Shown here: piece after piece, positions 1-9,958 of the stretch | How positions within the stretch are numbered: position 1 is the stretch's first letter | Layout of the letters: each line of letters starts with the position of its first letter | Source of the DNA: a virus | IMG/VR virus record: IMGVR_UViG_3300024319_000005 | Coordinates: 1 to 64,000 of that record | Reading direction: 5' to 3' (one strand) | Length of the DNA: 64,000 nt | Position numbers and translations under genes: made by a program | Notes under the pieces: generated by a model | The model's database searches: none | Seen by the model: the letters and a program-made list of their open reading frames with translations, nothing else | What the model was told of the DNA's origin: nothing

Positions 1-3000
1 CTTTAGCTACTTCTGGTTTAAAATCAGTATCAAAATCTAATACATTATTAGGGTTAGCTTGTTTAAAGGTTGTTTTACCTAATCCTGGATGTCCCCAAAC
101 TATCTTATCTTCAGAAGTCAATTTAACTTCACTAGTTTTTGTTGTTGTTTTAGCTTTTTGTTTTTCTGCTTCTAAAAGAATAGCTTTTCTATTTCCATTT
201 TCTTCTCCCCAATTCATTATATTGCCTGATGTTACAGACATTATTTTATTGTCTTTATTTACAAGGTATTTTTTACCTTTATGTTCAACAATTTGTGCTT
301 CGCCTCTTTGTATAGCTAAGTTTCCAAAAATTTTATTTCTATCCTTACTGTCTTTTTTAAATACCTCAACTCCTTTTGAATTATAAATCTTATTACCTTT
401 TACAGTGTAGGTTTGTCTTTTTTTACCTCCAGGAGTATATGTTATTGTTTCAACCTCACTAGTTTGTTGTGTTGGTTTAGAAACTACTCCAGTATCATTA
501 TTAAAACTAAATTCTTCTTGCAGCCTTTGTTTTAAATAAGCATAAGTTTGAGGAGCTTTTTCTTTAAGCTTAGCTAATCCAGTACCAAAACCATCTTTAG
601 GAAATACTACTGATCTACCGTCAGCTTTTATTTTAGCTATGTCAGAATCAATAACATCTTTATTAGATTGTAAATCATTATCAGACATAAATGCAGCAGC
701 ACTGTTATTAGGTTGAAGCTTAGTAGCTATTCCAAAAACATTTTCATTATTCCTAATTTGTGCTTGTCCTCCTATACCTTTTCTTTGAGTATTATCTCCA
801 AATACATATATCTTATTTGGATTAGCTTTTACATCAGCATTAGTATATCTAGATACAACTTCAACCTCATTAGTTGCTTTAGAAGCTTCTTTATTAACTC
901 TAGTACCTATTTTAAATTGTCTAGCAATCAAAGGCATGTCTTGATTAACATCGTTATAAATAAATTTACTTATTGCTAAGTCTCCATTTACTTTTTTATT
1001 ATTAATCTGTGTAAAACGCATATTAATAGTACGATTACCTAGATTTTCTAATAACTCCTCACGAGTTAAATTACTAGCTTCTTCTACTCCATTACTACTA
1101 ATAGCATATGTATTAGTGTCGTTATTTCTTAAGATTATAACATCTGGATCTATTTGTATTTCATTTAAAACTGATATTGTAGTGTCTCCATTTTTTTCTG
1201 CTTTACTAAGTTTATCTTTTAAAGTAGCCATTACACTATCAACATCTTTAGCTTTATTTTTTCTCACAGGTATAGTAGCCCACGTAGTAGCACCGTTAGG
1301 TCCTACTGTAGGTATAACTTGAAAGAATTGATTTTCACTAATTTTATGATTAGGTAAAGGTATGTCTACTGTAGATGTTTCTTTAGTAGCACTGTGCTCA
1401 TATTTATTAGTTTCTGCATTAAACTTTACATTATCTATACGGAGTACTAAGGTACTATTTTCACCTACTTTTCTAGCTCTAGCAATAAACCCTGTTCTTA
1501 CATCATTTTTAACTTTTTTATTTATGTTTAATCTACCTTTACTTACTTGAGTTTTTATAATTACAGTTTCTCCTTTGTTTACTGCAGCTCTTAGTAATGT
1601 CATACTAACTTTACTATTACTTTTTGCAAAAGTTTTTCTGTCAGCTCTACCTAAAATAATTCTATTAGGTATTCTATCGTTTACACCATCCATAGAATCT
1701 CTTGATCCTGTACCAGGTTTTCCGTATCTGTAGTGTACTAATACATACTGATTCTTTGTTGTTCTCCAATTGTTATCTGGGTCTGGTTCTTGTAGTTCTA
1801 AATGTGCTTCTGTAATAGAGTCTCCATTTACATTTCTCCAATCTCTCATAGCTATACCTTCCGCTGTAAGGTTACCATTAATATCTGTAGGTAAAGAATT
1901 ATCATGTTGTTCTACTGGACGTCCATTTTCATCATAGACAACTTTACCATCTTTAAACAGAAGATCTTTAGAAACAGTATACTCATAATAGTTTTCTTTA
2001 CGTTGTTGAGGAGTATCATCAATATCTTCTGTAAATTCTATAGCTAATTGGTTTTTGCTTATATCATTTATTATTTTCTGTCTTTCTTCTGGTGACTTAG
2101 ATTCTTTAATTTTTTCTATAGTCTCTTTATCTGCCTTTGAATCTTCTGCTAATTTTACAGTTGCAGGTATACTTAAAGCAGGATTAGCTTCTACTTTCTT
2201 TTCTGCTCTTTCAATTGCAGCTAATAACTCTTTATTATTATTAACCATAGCAGCTAAATAAGGATTTGCTGCATTCCCACTAGCAGCCTGAAGAATAGTT
2301 CTTGCTTCTTCTGCTACATTATCACTACCTTCAGCTACAGCTTCTAGTGCTGCTAAATCAAGAAGTTGGTTTGCTTCCTCTATATTCTTTCGATCAGCCT
2401 CTCTAGCTTTTTGATCATTAGAACTAAATTTTACAGGGTCATCTGAAATTCTATTTACAAGATCTTGATTTTCTATATAGTCTAGATAATCAGAATTAAT
2501 ACTCTCAGCAAGTTTATTTATCTCTTGCTTATTATCTGTGTATGCTTTATCATTTGCTAAGTCAACATTAGTAACATCTTGATTTTCTAACGCTTTACTA
2601 ATTGAGCTCTCTATTTCAGCTATTACGTTTGGAGATATACCATTTTCTTTAGCCTTTTTTAATCTAGCTTTTAGAATAAGTAAATCAAAATCTTCTTTAC
2701 TTAGTTGTGTCTTATCTAAAGTATTTCTTTTCTTATTATATTTTTCTAGAAGATTTTTTGACTCAATTTTTCTATTATCTAATCTTGCTAATGCAGTATT
2801 TGCACCAGTATGAGCTGCTTTAAATTTATTTTCAAGTGCCGTCTTAGCTTTTGCATCTTCAATTCCATCAAACTTATCACTCACTTCTTCTAAAGCAGCA
2901 TTTGCATCTTCAGCTTGATCTTTTAACTCTTTGTGCCCTTTATCTATAGCAACTATATTTGACAAATCTACGTCTGTAACTTCTTCTGTTTTTGCTTTTG

Positions 3001-4375
3001 CTTCTGCTTCTGCTCTTGCTTTTGCTTTTGCTTCTTCTTCTAGTGTTAATTTATTATTAGTATAAAGAGGATCCTCAAAAGGTTCGTTAGCCCTAAGATT
3101 TTCTTCTTCTTGTGCTCTTGCTTCTTCTTCTTCTTTTGTTAAACCCCTATCACCAGGAGTACCATCACCAGGAGTACCACCAGGAGGAGTACCATCGCCA
3201 GTATTAGATTTACCTGTTAGTTTTTGTTTTTTCTTTTCTATTTCATCTTTCTGCCCTAAGAATTTATTAGCTAAATCTCCTATACCTTGAAATACAACTC
3301 CACCTAATGCACCTTGCACTATTGATTCCCAAAATTCATTGTTATCAAAGTAATCTTCCATTAGATCAGTTGGCTCTCCTGTAGCACTTGCCATAGCTTC
3401 TTTACTAAAAGCATACTGAGTACCTTCCTCAAAACCTTCAGATAGAGCTTGTGACCCATAAGATTTTAATCCAGTAAAAGCACTAGATACTTTACCACTT
3501 TTACTAGTCTTAGCAGCATTCTTAGCTAAGGGGTTACCATATATCATATCAAACTGTGCAAGATCCATAACAGCTAATGCCCAGTTTGCTTTATATACAT
3601 CAGAGGCTCCTGAAGCCGCTAAAGCTTCTGCTTCCTCCACTGACTTACCACTTGCTATTAAAGTGTCTCTAATCTCATCATAAGCCTGTGTAGCTTCCAT
3701 TCCTGATTCAATAGATCTAGATAAAGCTGTAGCTGAACTAGTGTTAGCAATACCTTTATACTTATTAAGTTTTTCCATTGCTCTAGCTCCTGTAGCTGTT
3801 TCCGTTAGTCCTCCCTTTATAGCTCTCTCAGCAGTTAGAATATTCTTAGCCATCTTAGGACTAGCTCCTTTCATAACGTTTAACAAACCTTTACCAGCAA
3901 GACCAGCTCCTCCCATAGATACTGCCATCATAGCAATAGTAGGACCAAACTGCTCTACAGTATTAGCCCAGAACTTAGGGTTAACTGCATCAGACCATTG
4001 TAATCCTTTGTCGTCAGAGGTAGATAGAATTTCAAAGTTTTCTGCTGCTGATTCTTTTAAATCATCTCCTGCAGTTTTCATAATATCCCACACAGTATCA
4101 TTGTAGCCTCTTTCGTCTCTCCATAGAGAAGCCATATTAGCTCCTGCCCCGAGTACTTCACCTACAATATTAGCACCTAGTCTAACTACAGAGTTACCTA
4201 GTGCTGCTGCGCCTGATTGATTTAAAGCTCTTTTATCTTGTATGTCAGTAAAAGAATCAGCTTGAGTAACTACCCCAGTACCTTCAAGAGTACCTTGATA
4301 GTTAGACTTTTTAGCCCCTACTCCTAATCCTGTCTTAGGGCTTATTCCTTTTTTTAATCTATCTCCTAAACTCAT
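1..4375 (-). CDS. Giant virion cargo/polyvalent protein, N-terminal part (>1457 aa, truncated by window edge); position fits the crAss-like virion RNA polymerase/cargo locus
   Basis: ATG at 4375 (MSLGDRLKKG...). Hand-translated segments at 4375-3250 and ~870-2 share one frame, and the track reports no stop-terminated ORF here. Contains a Gly/Ala-rich N-terminus with SEGFEEGTQY, a VFGDNTQRKGIGGQA module (~490-860) and Walker A GHPGLGKTT (~65-95). No RNAP catalytic motif was seen in the window. Confidence 0.85.
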   Translation of the reverse strand, partial: MSLGDRLKKGISPKTGLGVGAKKSNYQGTLEGTGVVTQADSFTDIQDKRALNQSGAAALGNSVVRLGANIVGEVLGAGANMASLWRDERGYNDTVWDIMKTAGDDLKESAAENFEILSTSDDKGLQWSDAVNPKFWANTVEQFGPTIAMMAVSMGGAGLAGKGLLNVMKGASPKMAKNILTAERAIKGGLTETATGARAMEKLNKYKGIANTSSATALSRSIESGMEATQAYDEIRDTLIASGKSVEEAEALAASGASDVYKANWALAVMDLAQFDMIYGNPLAKNAAKTSKSGKVSSAFTGLKSYGSQALSEGFEEGTQYAFSKEAMASATGEPTDLMEDYFDNNEFWESIVQGALGGVVFQGIGDLANKFLGQKDEIEKKKQKLTGKSNTGDGTPPGGTPGDGTPGDRGLTKEEEEARAQEEENLRANEPFEDPLYTNNKLTLEEEAKAKARAEAEAKAKTEEVTDVDLSNIVAIDKGHKELKDQAEDANAALEEVSDKFDGIEDAKAKTALENKFKAAHTGANTALARLDNRKIESKNLLEKYNKKRNTLDKTQLSKEDFDLLILKARLKKAKENGISPNVIAEIESSISKALENQDVTNVDLANDKAYTDNKQEINKLAESINSDYLDYIENQDLVNRISDDPVKFSSNDQKAREADRKNIEEANQLLDLAALEAVAEGSDNVAEEARTILQAASGNAANPYLAAMVNNNKELLAAIERAEKKVEANPALSIPATVKLAEDSKADKETIEKIKESKSPEERQKIINDISKNQLAIEFTEDIDDTPQQRKENYYEYTVSKDLLFKDGKVVYDENGRPVEQHDNSLPTDINGNLTAEGIAMRDWRNVNGDSITEAHLELQEPDPDNNWRTTKNQYVLVHYRYGKPGTGSRDSMDGVNDRIPNRIILGRADRKTFAKSNSKVSMTLLRAAVNKGETVIIKTQVSKGRLNINKKVKNDVRTGFIARARKVGENSTLVLRIDNVKFNAETNKYEHSATKETSTVDIPLPNHKISENQFFQVIPTVGPNGATTWATIPVRKNKAKDVDSVMATLKDKLSKAEKNGDTTISVLNEIQIDPDVIILRNNDTNTYAISSNGVEEASNLTREELLENLGNRTINMRFTQINNKKVNGDLAISKFIYNDVNQDMPLIARQFKIGTRVNKEASKATNEVEVVSRYTNADVKANPNKIYVFGDNTQRKGIGGQAQIRNNENVFGIATKLQPNNSAAAFMSDNDLQSNKDVIDSDIAKIKADGRSVVFPKDGFGTGLAKLKEKAPQTYAYLKQRLQEEFSFNNDTGVVSKPTQQTSEVETITYTPGGKKRQTYTVKGNKIYNSKGVEVFKKDSKDRNKIFGNLAIQRGEAQIVEHKGKKYLVNKDNKIMSVTSGNIMNWGEENGNRKAILLEAEKQKAKTTTKTSEVKLTSEDKIVWGHPGLGKTTFKQANPNNVLDFDTDFKPEVAK
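3140..3205 (-). repeat. Short tandem repeat encoding a GDGTPPGGTPGDGTPGD linker
   Basis: Repeated (cca)ggagtacca units on the + strand. Confidence 0.8.
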
Positions 4376-4389
4376 ATATTTGTATATAA

Positions 4390-7300
4390 TTATTTATTAA
4401 TCTTTTTTATATCTAAATGTAATCCTTGATTTTTACTGCCATGTATAAGAATACTCATACCACCAAATTCAACTCTATCCTTTTTGTAGTTTCCTTTTTC
4501 ATCTTTAAAAGCTTTATTAAACTTTTTTACGCCTCCAAACTTTTCTACAAACTCAGAAATAAGTTCGTTTGTTGCTGATACGTCTACACCTTCCCCAAGT
4601 AAATGTCCACTAACTAATTGCTTATTAAATATCTCGTAATCTGCATTTAGTTTCTTTTGGTTGTTAAGACTCCTTAACATACTAGTAACGATAACATCAG
4701 ACTTAAAGTTCCCAAAAACCTCAATAAATTGATTTCCAAACTCTTTATCTAAAGCTTTTCTTTCAATTGACTCTGTTGGTGAGAATTTTATATTAGTTGC
4801 TCTTCCAAATCCATCTTCGTAATTAGCTAAGTTTTCAACTTTTAATTCTTTGTCATAAGTACCTGCTGGTCCTAAGCTTCTTGTAGTTCCATCTGCTACT
4901 ACTTCAGTCCTTATCATAGCTAACTTCTGTGCTAAATCAAAACTATCAGTAAATGGCTGCTTATCATACACTTGCTTTCCTACCTCGCTACCTTCTTTCT
5001 TTCCAATTTGATCGTGTATTGTAAAAGACTTTTTACCATTTGAATCTTCTTTTATTTGTATAGCATACATATCCCCTATAAACCCTGTATCTACTGCTCT
5101 TCTATTACTACTAGCTGCTAACTTGTTTAGTAAATTATCAGTATGAGGTTTGATTGCAGTTGGGTTACCACTGTGAGAAAGCTTTTGAAAGTCGTCATTG
5201 TACATTTGATTATATACTGTAACGCCTATGTCAGTAGTTATTATTCTTGCATCTTTACCTTCCCCCTCTAATTTTTGTAAAAATCCTGTCATTATATAAT
5301 TACCTTGTGGATCAATACCAGTAGCACGATAAGATACTCCTACTATATTGTCTTCTGCTATCTTTTCTTTTGATATTGCTTCTGTAGAATCATTTGTAAA
5401 TATTTTTATACTATGTAAATCTAGAGCAGGAGTAAATTTTAAGCCACTACCTGAAGCTCCTATACCTGCAGCATGGTAATGTTCTGTTTCTTGTAGGTTG
5501 TTTAATTTATCAGTTCTTCCAGGTGGGTCTTGTAAATTTGGAAGACCTTCTCCAGTTCTTAGTAAAGAAGTAAATGTTGCTATATCATAATTTTGATTAG
5601 CATACATGTTTTCTAAAATCTCTTCTTGCTTTTCTTGTTTAATATCTTCATACTGTCCGTTAATAGTTTTGTCAAGTAATTCTCTTATGTTTCTCATACC
5701 TTGAGTGTCATCAGACATACCTTTAGCTTTATCTCTTATTTCTTTAGCTTCTTTAAATCTAGGTTTTGCTATTTTCTTCCACTTATCTACACCTTTTAGT
5801 GCTCCTTCTACAGATCCTTCTAATTTTTTTACTTGTAACTCATTATAACTTTCTTTACCTTCGTTTTCTTCTATATATTTAGCTAGTTTTTCTTTCCTTT
5901 CTTCTACTTTAACTTGAGCTTTATCAATGTTATTTTGTGCTCTATCTTCTATACTTTGAGCTCTATTTAATGTTTGTGTTTTACCTTGGTCAGATTTAAA
6001 ATAAGGTTTTATATCTATACCTTTTTCTTCAGCTAACTTTAACATTTCTTCTGGAGTTATTTCTTCACCATTTAAAACTTTCTGAGATAGCAAACTAAGC
6101 TCACCCATAGTTTTTTCTTCAGTTTCTTTATCTATAGCTTTTTTTCTATTTATAAGTCCATTTCTATTTTGTACAACTGCATCTGCTTTAGCTACCAGTT
6201 TGTCATACTCTTGTGTTAGTTCAAGCTCAGGATATTTTAATCCTGCTTTAGTTATTTCATTATTTAATTCATCTGCGGTAAGACCCATTTTTGTAGCTAG
6301 ACCTTTTTTATATTCTGCTACTGAAAGTTTATCATCAAATGTTACTTTTTCTTCTCCTGTGAAGAATGGGTTATCGTCATCTGTATCTTGCATTAACTTA
6401 CCAAGAGTATAATCAACCATACCCATTTCTCTCTTACTGCCACTTACCCCATAGTCATCAGATGGTAACATTTCTGTAATAGCATAAGGTTCATTATCAT
6501 CAGGTAAATCATATGAATTTACAAAATTAGAAACTAAAGTTTGATCAGCATTACTTTTACCTCCTATATTTAAAATATCTTTCGATACGTCTTTACTTGA
6601 TTCTAAGAGATTAGAAATATTTTCATATACATCTTTATTTTCTATTACCTCCCCATCTACTATTTGTTCTTTTTTAACTACTTGAGATTGTGTAGTAACT
6701 GTAGCACCTGATTTAAACTTAAATGTAGTATCCGTTACATTTTTAGCATTTTTATTTGCAGAGTTTCCTATATTACTTATAGTAGTCTTGGTATCAAATT
6801 GGTAATATGATTTTACAGCTCCTTCAATTGCTTTCCTTTTCATTCTTACAGCTGAGTCTCCATACACTTGCTGTGAATTAAATACATCATTGTCACCATC
6901 CATTAAATTAGAGATGTTATCAACTAGTTCATCTATAGTTCGCACTGTCTGACCATTTTTTTGAATTCCAGTAATATTGCCTGCTTCATCTGTAATTACT
7001 GTGTCAAACTCTGTTATTGTAGGTAAACTTTCTTTACCATACTTAAGAGCTCTCTCTGAGTAATTAGGTACTGTAGGTAAAGAACCAGGTGCTACGTACC
7101 TTATAAAATTACCATTTTCATCGTAAGAACTACTAGGAATATTATTTTCTAAATAATCATTATACATTTCTCCAGATACTCCAGCTTCTTTAAGAGCTGC
7201 TTTAGTTTTCTCTGTTTCTTTAAAGTTATTACCCATACCATATACTTCTCCTGTGGTAGAGAAATCAGATTGTATAGTAGACTTTATATTTCTTAATAAA

Positions 7301-7560
7301 GCATTACCAGCTCCAGCTCCTTGAGTAGCATAAGCATCAGTTGCTTTCTGTATAGAAGCTCTATATTCATCTTGCTTATCTCTCATTGCCTGAGAGTCTC
7401 CTTGTAGATATTCAGGTATAGCATTACTTAATGCTTGTACTTCATCGTAACCTGTAGTTATACTATCTAAAGTTTTCTCAGCTTGATTAAGGTCAGGAGT
7501 AAATTGTTTTATTCCTGATAAGTCAAGCGGTTTATTATTTAAAAATCTTGAAAATCCCAT
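4390..7560 (-). CDS. Virion cargo/ejection protein with C-terminal M15-like Zn peptidase domain
   Basis: 1056 aa, lies between muzzle and giant cargo gene. C-terminal TSMLRS...SGHLLGEGVD...HLDI fits the M15 H-x6-D...H ligand pattern. Confidence 0.65.
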   Translation of the reverse strand: MGFSRFLNNKPLDLSGIKQFTPDLNQAEKTLDSITTGYDEVQALSNAIPEYLQGDSQAMRDKQDEYRASIQKATDAYATQGAGAGNALLRNIKSTIQSDFSTTGEVYGMGNNFKETEKTKAALKEAGVSGEMYNDYLENNIPSSSYDENGNFIRYVAPGSLPTVPNYSERALKYGKESLPTITEFDTVITDEAGNITGIQKNGQTVRTIDELVDNISNLMDGDNDVFNSQQVYGDSAVRMKRKAIEGAVKSYYQFDTKTTISNIGNSANKNAKNVTDTTFKFKSGATVTTQSQVVKKEQIVDGEVIENKDVYENISNLLESSKDVSKDILNIGGKSNADQTLVSNFVNSYDLPDDNEPYAITEMLPSDDYGVSGSKREMGMVDYTLGKLMQDTDDDNPFFTGEEKVTFDDKLSVAEYKKGLATKMGLTADELNNEITKAGLKYPELELTQEYDKLVAKADAVVQNRNGLINRKKAIDKETEEKTMGELSLLSQKVLNGEEITPEEMLKLAEEKGIDIKPYFKSDQGKTQTLNRAQSIEDRAQNNIDKAQVKVEERKEKLAKYIEENEGKESYNELQVKKLEGSVEGALKGVDKWKKIAKPRFKEAKEIRDKAKGMSDDTQGMRNIRELLDKTINGQYEDIKQEKQEEILENMYANQNYDIATFTSLLRTGEGLPNLQDPPGRTDKLNNLQETEHYHAAGIGASGSGLKFTPALDLHSIKIFTNDSTEAISKEKIAEDNIVGVSYRATGIDPQGNYIMTGFLQKLEGEGKDARIITTDIGVTVYNQMYNDDFQKLSHSGNPTAIKPHTDNLLNKLAASSNRRAVDTGFIGDMYAIQIKEDSNGKKSFTIHDQIGKKEGSEVGKQVYDKQPFTDSFDLAQKLAMIRTEVVADGTTRSLGPAGTYDKELKVENLANYEDGFGRATNIKFSPTESIERKALDKEFGNQFIEVFGNFKSDVIVTSMLRSLNNQKKLNADYEIFNKQLVSGHLLGEGVDVSATNELISEFVEKFGGVKKFNKAFKDEKGNYKKDRVEFGGMSILIHGSKNQGLHLDIKKINK

Positions 7561-7566
7561 ATTTTA

Positions 7567-9957
7567 TTATTTTTTAGATTCAGGGTTATTAGATGATTTA
7601 CCGCCCAAATTCATTGTAAGTAATATTTCTTCTTGCTCTTTAGGTGTTTTATTTTTAAAAGTATCAAAAATTTCTTTTATATTAGAGTCAGGATATCTAG
7701 CTTCCATTATTTTTAAATTAGCTTGGAACTCTCTATCTGAAACATCTCTGTTAGTTAAAAACTTTTCTAGTTCTATCTTATCATCAAATATTTGTGTACC
7801 TCTATTAATTAACGCTGCTTTATTTTGATCATCTGTTAGATCAGTTCTTCTTAGTTCTGCTGCATCTGCTGCTCCTAACTGATTCTTAACATTAGCTGCT
7901 TGTGCTTTTCTACTTGCCATTATACTATCCTTAGTAATACCTATCTGTGCTAAGTTCTTTTGTGCTTGTACATTTATATTAGCTAAGTTAGCTGCTTCTG
8001 CACTCGAACCTCTGTTTATGTTTCTTAGATTTGCCTTTTGTACTGCAGTTGATGCCGCTAGTTTATTATTTTCATTAGCATTATCAAACCTCATAGTAGA
8101 ATCAGTTAATCTTTCTACCTCAGTTGCATTAGCATTAAACCTTTTTTTAGTAGGACTGTTAGCAGCTAGACCACTAATTGCTTGGTATAACCCTCTTGCG
8201 TTAGCTAAGTTCTTAAACTTTTTTGCATCTTTATCTGCAGTACTTGTAGTACTTGTAGTACTTGTAGTAGTTTTAGGAAGAGTAACTTCTTTTTTTTCTG
8301 TATCTGAAGATAATACTGTTTTTGTTAGATCTAATTTTGGCAATGTTTCTACTGTTGTATTATTTATTATTTCTCCGCTTTTTCCTACCCCTCCTACAAC
8401 TTTTTGTGCATCTTCTTTAGCTTTACCTGTAATAATTTTATTTACGCCATCTTTTAAAAAGTCAATTGGAAAACCTCCTAATTGTAATTTACCTTCTCTT
8501 CTTTTCTTCATTGCTACATTAGCCCATAAACCTCTTTTACTTTCTTTACCATCCTTATTCACATAAGTAGTAGAATTCTTTAAATATCCTCCTTTAGCCA
8601 TTTCATCTTTTGGATTACCACCGTATCCCATTTCTTTTTTTAAATTACCTCCATACCCCATTTCTTCTTGTCCTTCCATCATTTGCTCTCCTTCCATCAT
8701 AGGTTCTGAACCCATAGCCATAGGTTCTGCAGCCATCTGTGCTTCTTGTTCTGCCATCATAGCAGCTTCTGCTTTAGCAGCTCGTATAGCTTTAGCTTTT
8801 TCATTAGACTTCATTAGTTTATCAAGTTCCATTTCTTTAGTACCTTGGTCTATAGAGTTATTATCTTTATATTTTTTATCCATAGCTTCAATAAGAGATT
8901 TCATTTTTTTAGGAAATACATATTTTTTACCAGGGTTAATTTGTTTAAAATTATATGCTTTTTCTTTGCCTTCTACTTCTGGACCATTTGGTCCTATAGT
9001 TCCGTCAGGGTTAATAGGTACTCCACCATTCTTATGTGATGGTCCTGAGTAATTTTTCATGCCCTCTCCTTCTAGTGATCCACCATTTTTCATAATTCCG
9101 TATGGGTTTGTATTCTTTTTTAATTTAATATCTCTTTGTTTTAACTCTTGTATACCGTTTTGTATACCTCCTACTAACTGACCTACTGCCTGTGTTCCTG
9201 TTGTTATAGCTCCTAATGGGTTAGCTGACATTGCTAATTTAGCTGCTGCTCCTTTGGCTCCTATGCCTTGTATAGCTTTACCTAAACCTTCAGAAATCAT
9301 ACCTCCTAAATTCATTTTAGTTTTGCCTCTAAAGTCTTGAGCTTCTGTAATACCTTTACCCATTTTAGTTGGCATTGTAGGAGCTGCTTTAGGTAGAGGG
9401 GCTCCTGTTGTAGTTGACTCTGCTTTTTTCATATTAGCAGTTACACTATTAAAGTATTCTAGCTTTTTAGGTCTTTCGTCTTTAGGTCCTGCATAATGGT
9501 GGTTAACATATACATTACCATAATCACCTTTATTAATGGCATCTATATCTCCAGTACTAGCTTCTCTCATATTAAATAAATCAACCATGTCCTGAGATCC
9601 AGGAGACATTTTAGAAAAATCACCATCACTATTTAAAATATCTTCAGGTAAAACTAAGTTATGTCTTTTAGCGTATGTTTTAGCTCTATTTAGAGCTGTT
9701 ATAGCACTTCCAGAACCACCATCAGTGTCTAGTTCATATTGGTAACCTCCACGCCCAGGAGATGATGTATACCCCTTTCTTGGTACTTGTACAGCTGTGT
9801 AATTACTATTAGACTCTGCCTTACGTACTTTACTTTGGTACTCTAGAAAATTTTCTATATTTAGCCCTCTTTCTTCTTTTAAGAAGTTTAAAGCTTCTTT
9901 AAAAGTTATTGCTTTTGCTTTAGCTAATTTAGCTGCTTTATCTTTTATATCTGCCAT
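7567..9957 (-). CDS. Virion cargo protein with putative N-terminal lysozyme-like domain
   Basis: 796 aa. Has GPSHKNGGVP...EVEGKE and SKRGLWANV motifs of the kind seen in crAss-like cargo proteins, repeated xxxGG motifs, and N-terminal AES...GGYQY. Confidence 0.6.
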   Translation of the reverse strand: MADIKDKAAKLAKAKAITFKEALNFLKEERGLNIENFLEYQSKVRKAESNSNYTAVQVPRKGYTSSPGRGGYQYELDTDGGSGSAITALNRAKTYAKRHNLVLPEDILNSDGDFSKMSPGSQDMVDLFNMREASTGDIDAINKGDYGNVYVNHHYAGPKDERPKKLEYFNSVTANMKKAESTTTGAPLPKAAPTMPTKMGKGITEAQDFRGKTKMNLGGMISEGLGKAIQGIGAKGAAAKLAMSANPLGAITTGTQAVGQLVGGIQNGIQELKQRDIKLKKNTNPYGIMKNGGSLEGEGMKNYSGPSHKNGGVPINPDGTIGPNGPEVEGKEKAYNFKQINPGKKYVFPKKMKSLIEAMDKKYKDNNSIDQGTKEMELDKLMKSNEKAKAIRAAKAEAAMMAEQEAQMAAEPMAMGSEPMMEGEQMMEGQEEMGYGGNLKKEMGYGGNPKDEMAKGGYLKNSTTYVNKDGKESKRGLWANVAMKKRREGKLQLGGFPIDFLKDGVNKIITGKAKEDAQKVVGGVGKSGEIINNTTVETLPKLDLTKTVLSSDTEKKEVTLPKTTTSTTSTTSTADKDAKKFKNLANARGLYQAISGLAANSPTKKRFNANATEVERLTDSTMRFDNANENNKLAASTAVQKANLRNINRGSSAEAANLANINVQAQKNLAQIGITKDSIMASRKAQAANVKNQLGAADAAELRRTDLTDDQNKAALINRGTQIFDDKIELEKFLTNRDVSDREFQANLKIMEARYPDSNIKEIFDTFKNKTPKEQEEILLTMNLGGKSSNNPESKK

Positions 9958-9958
9958 T

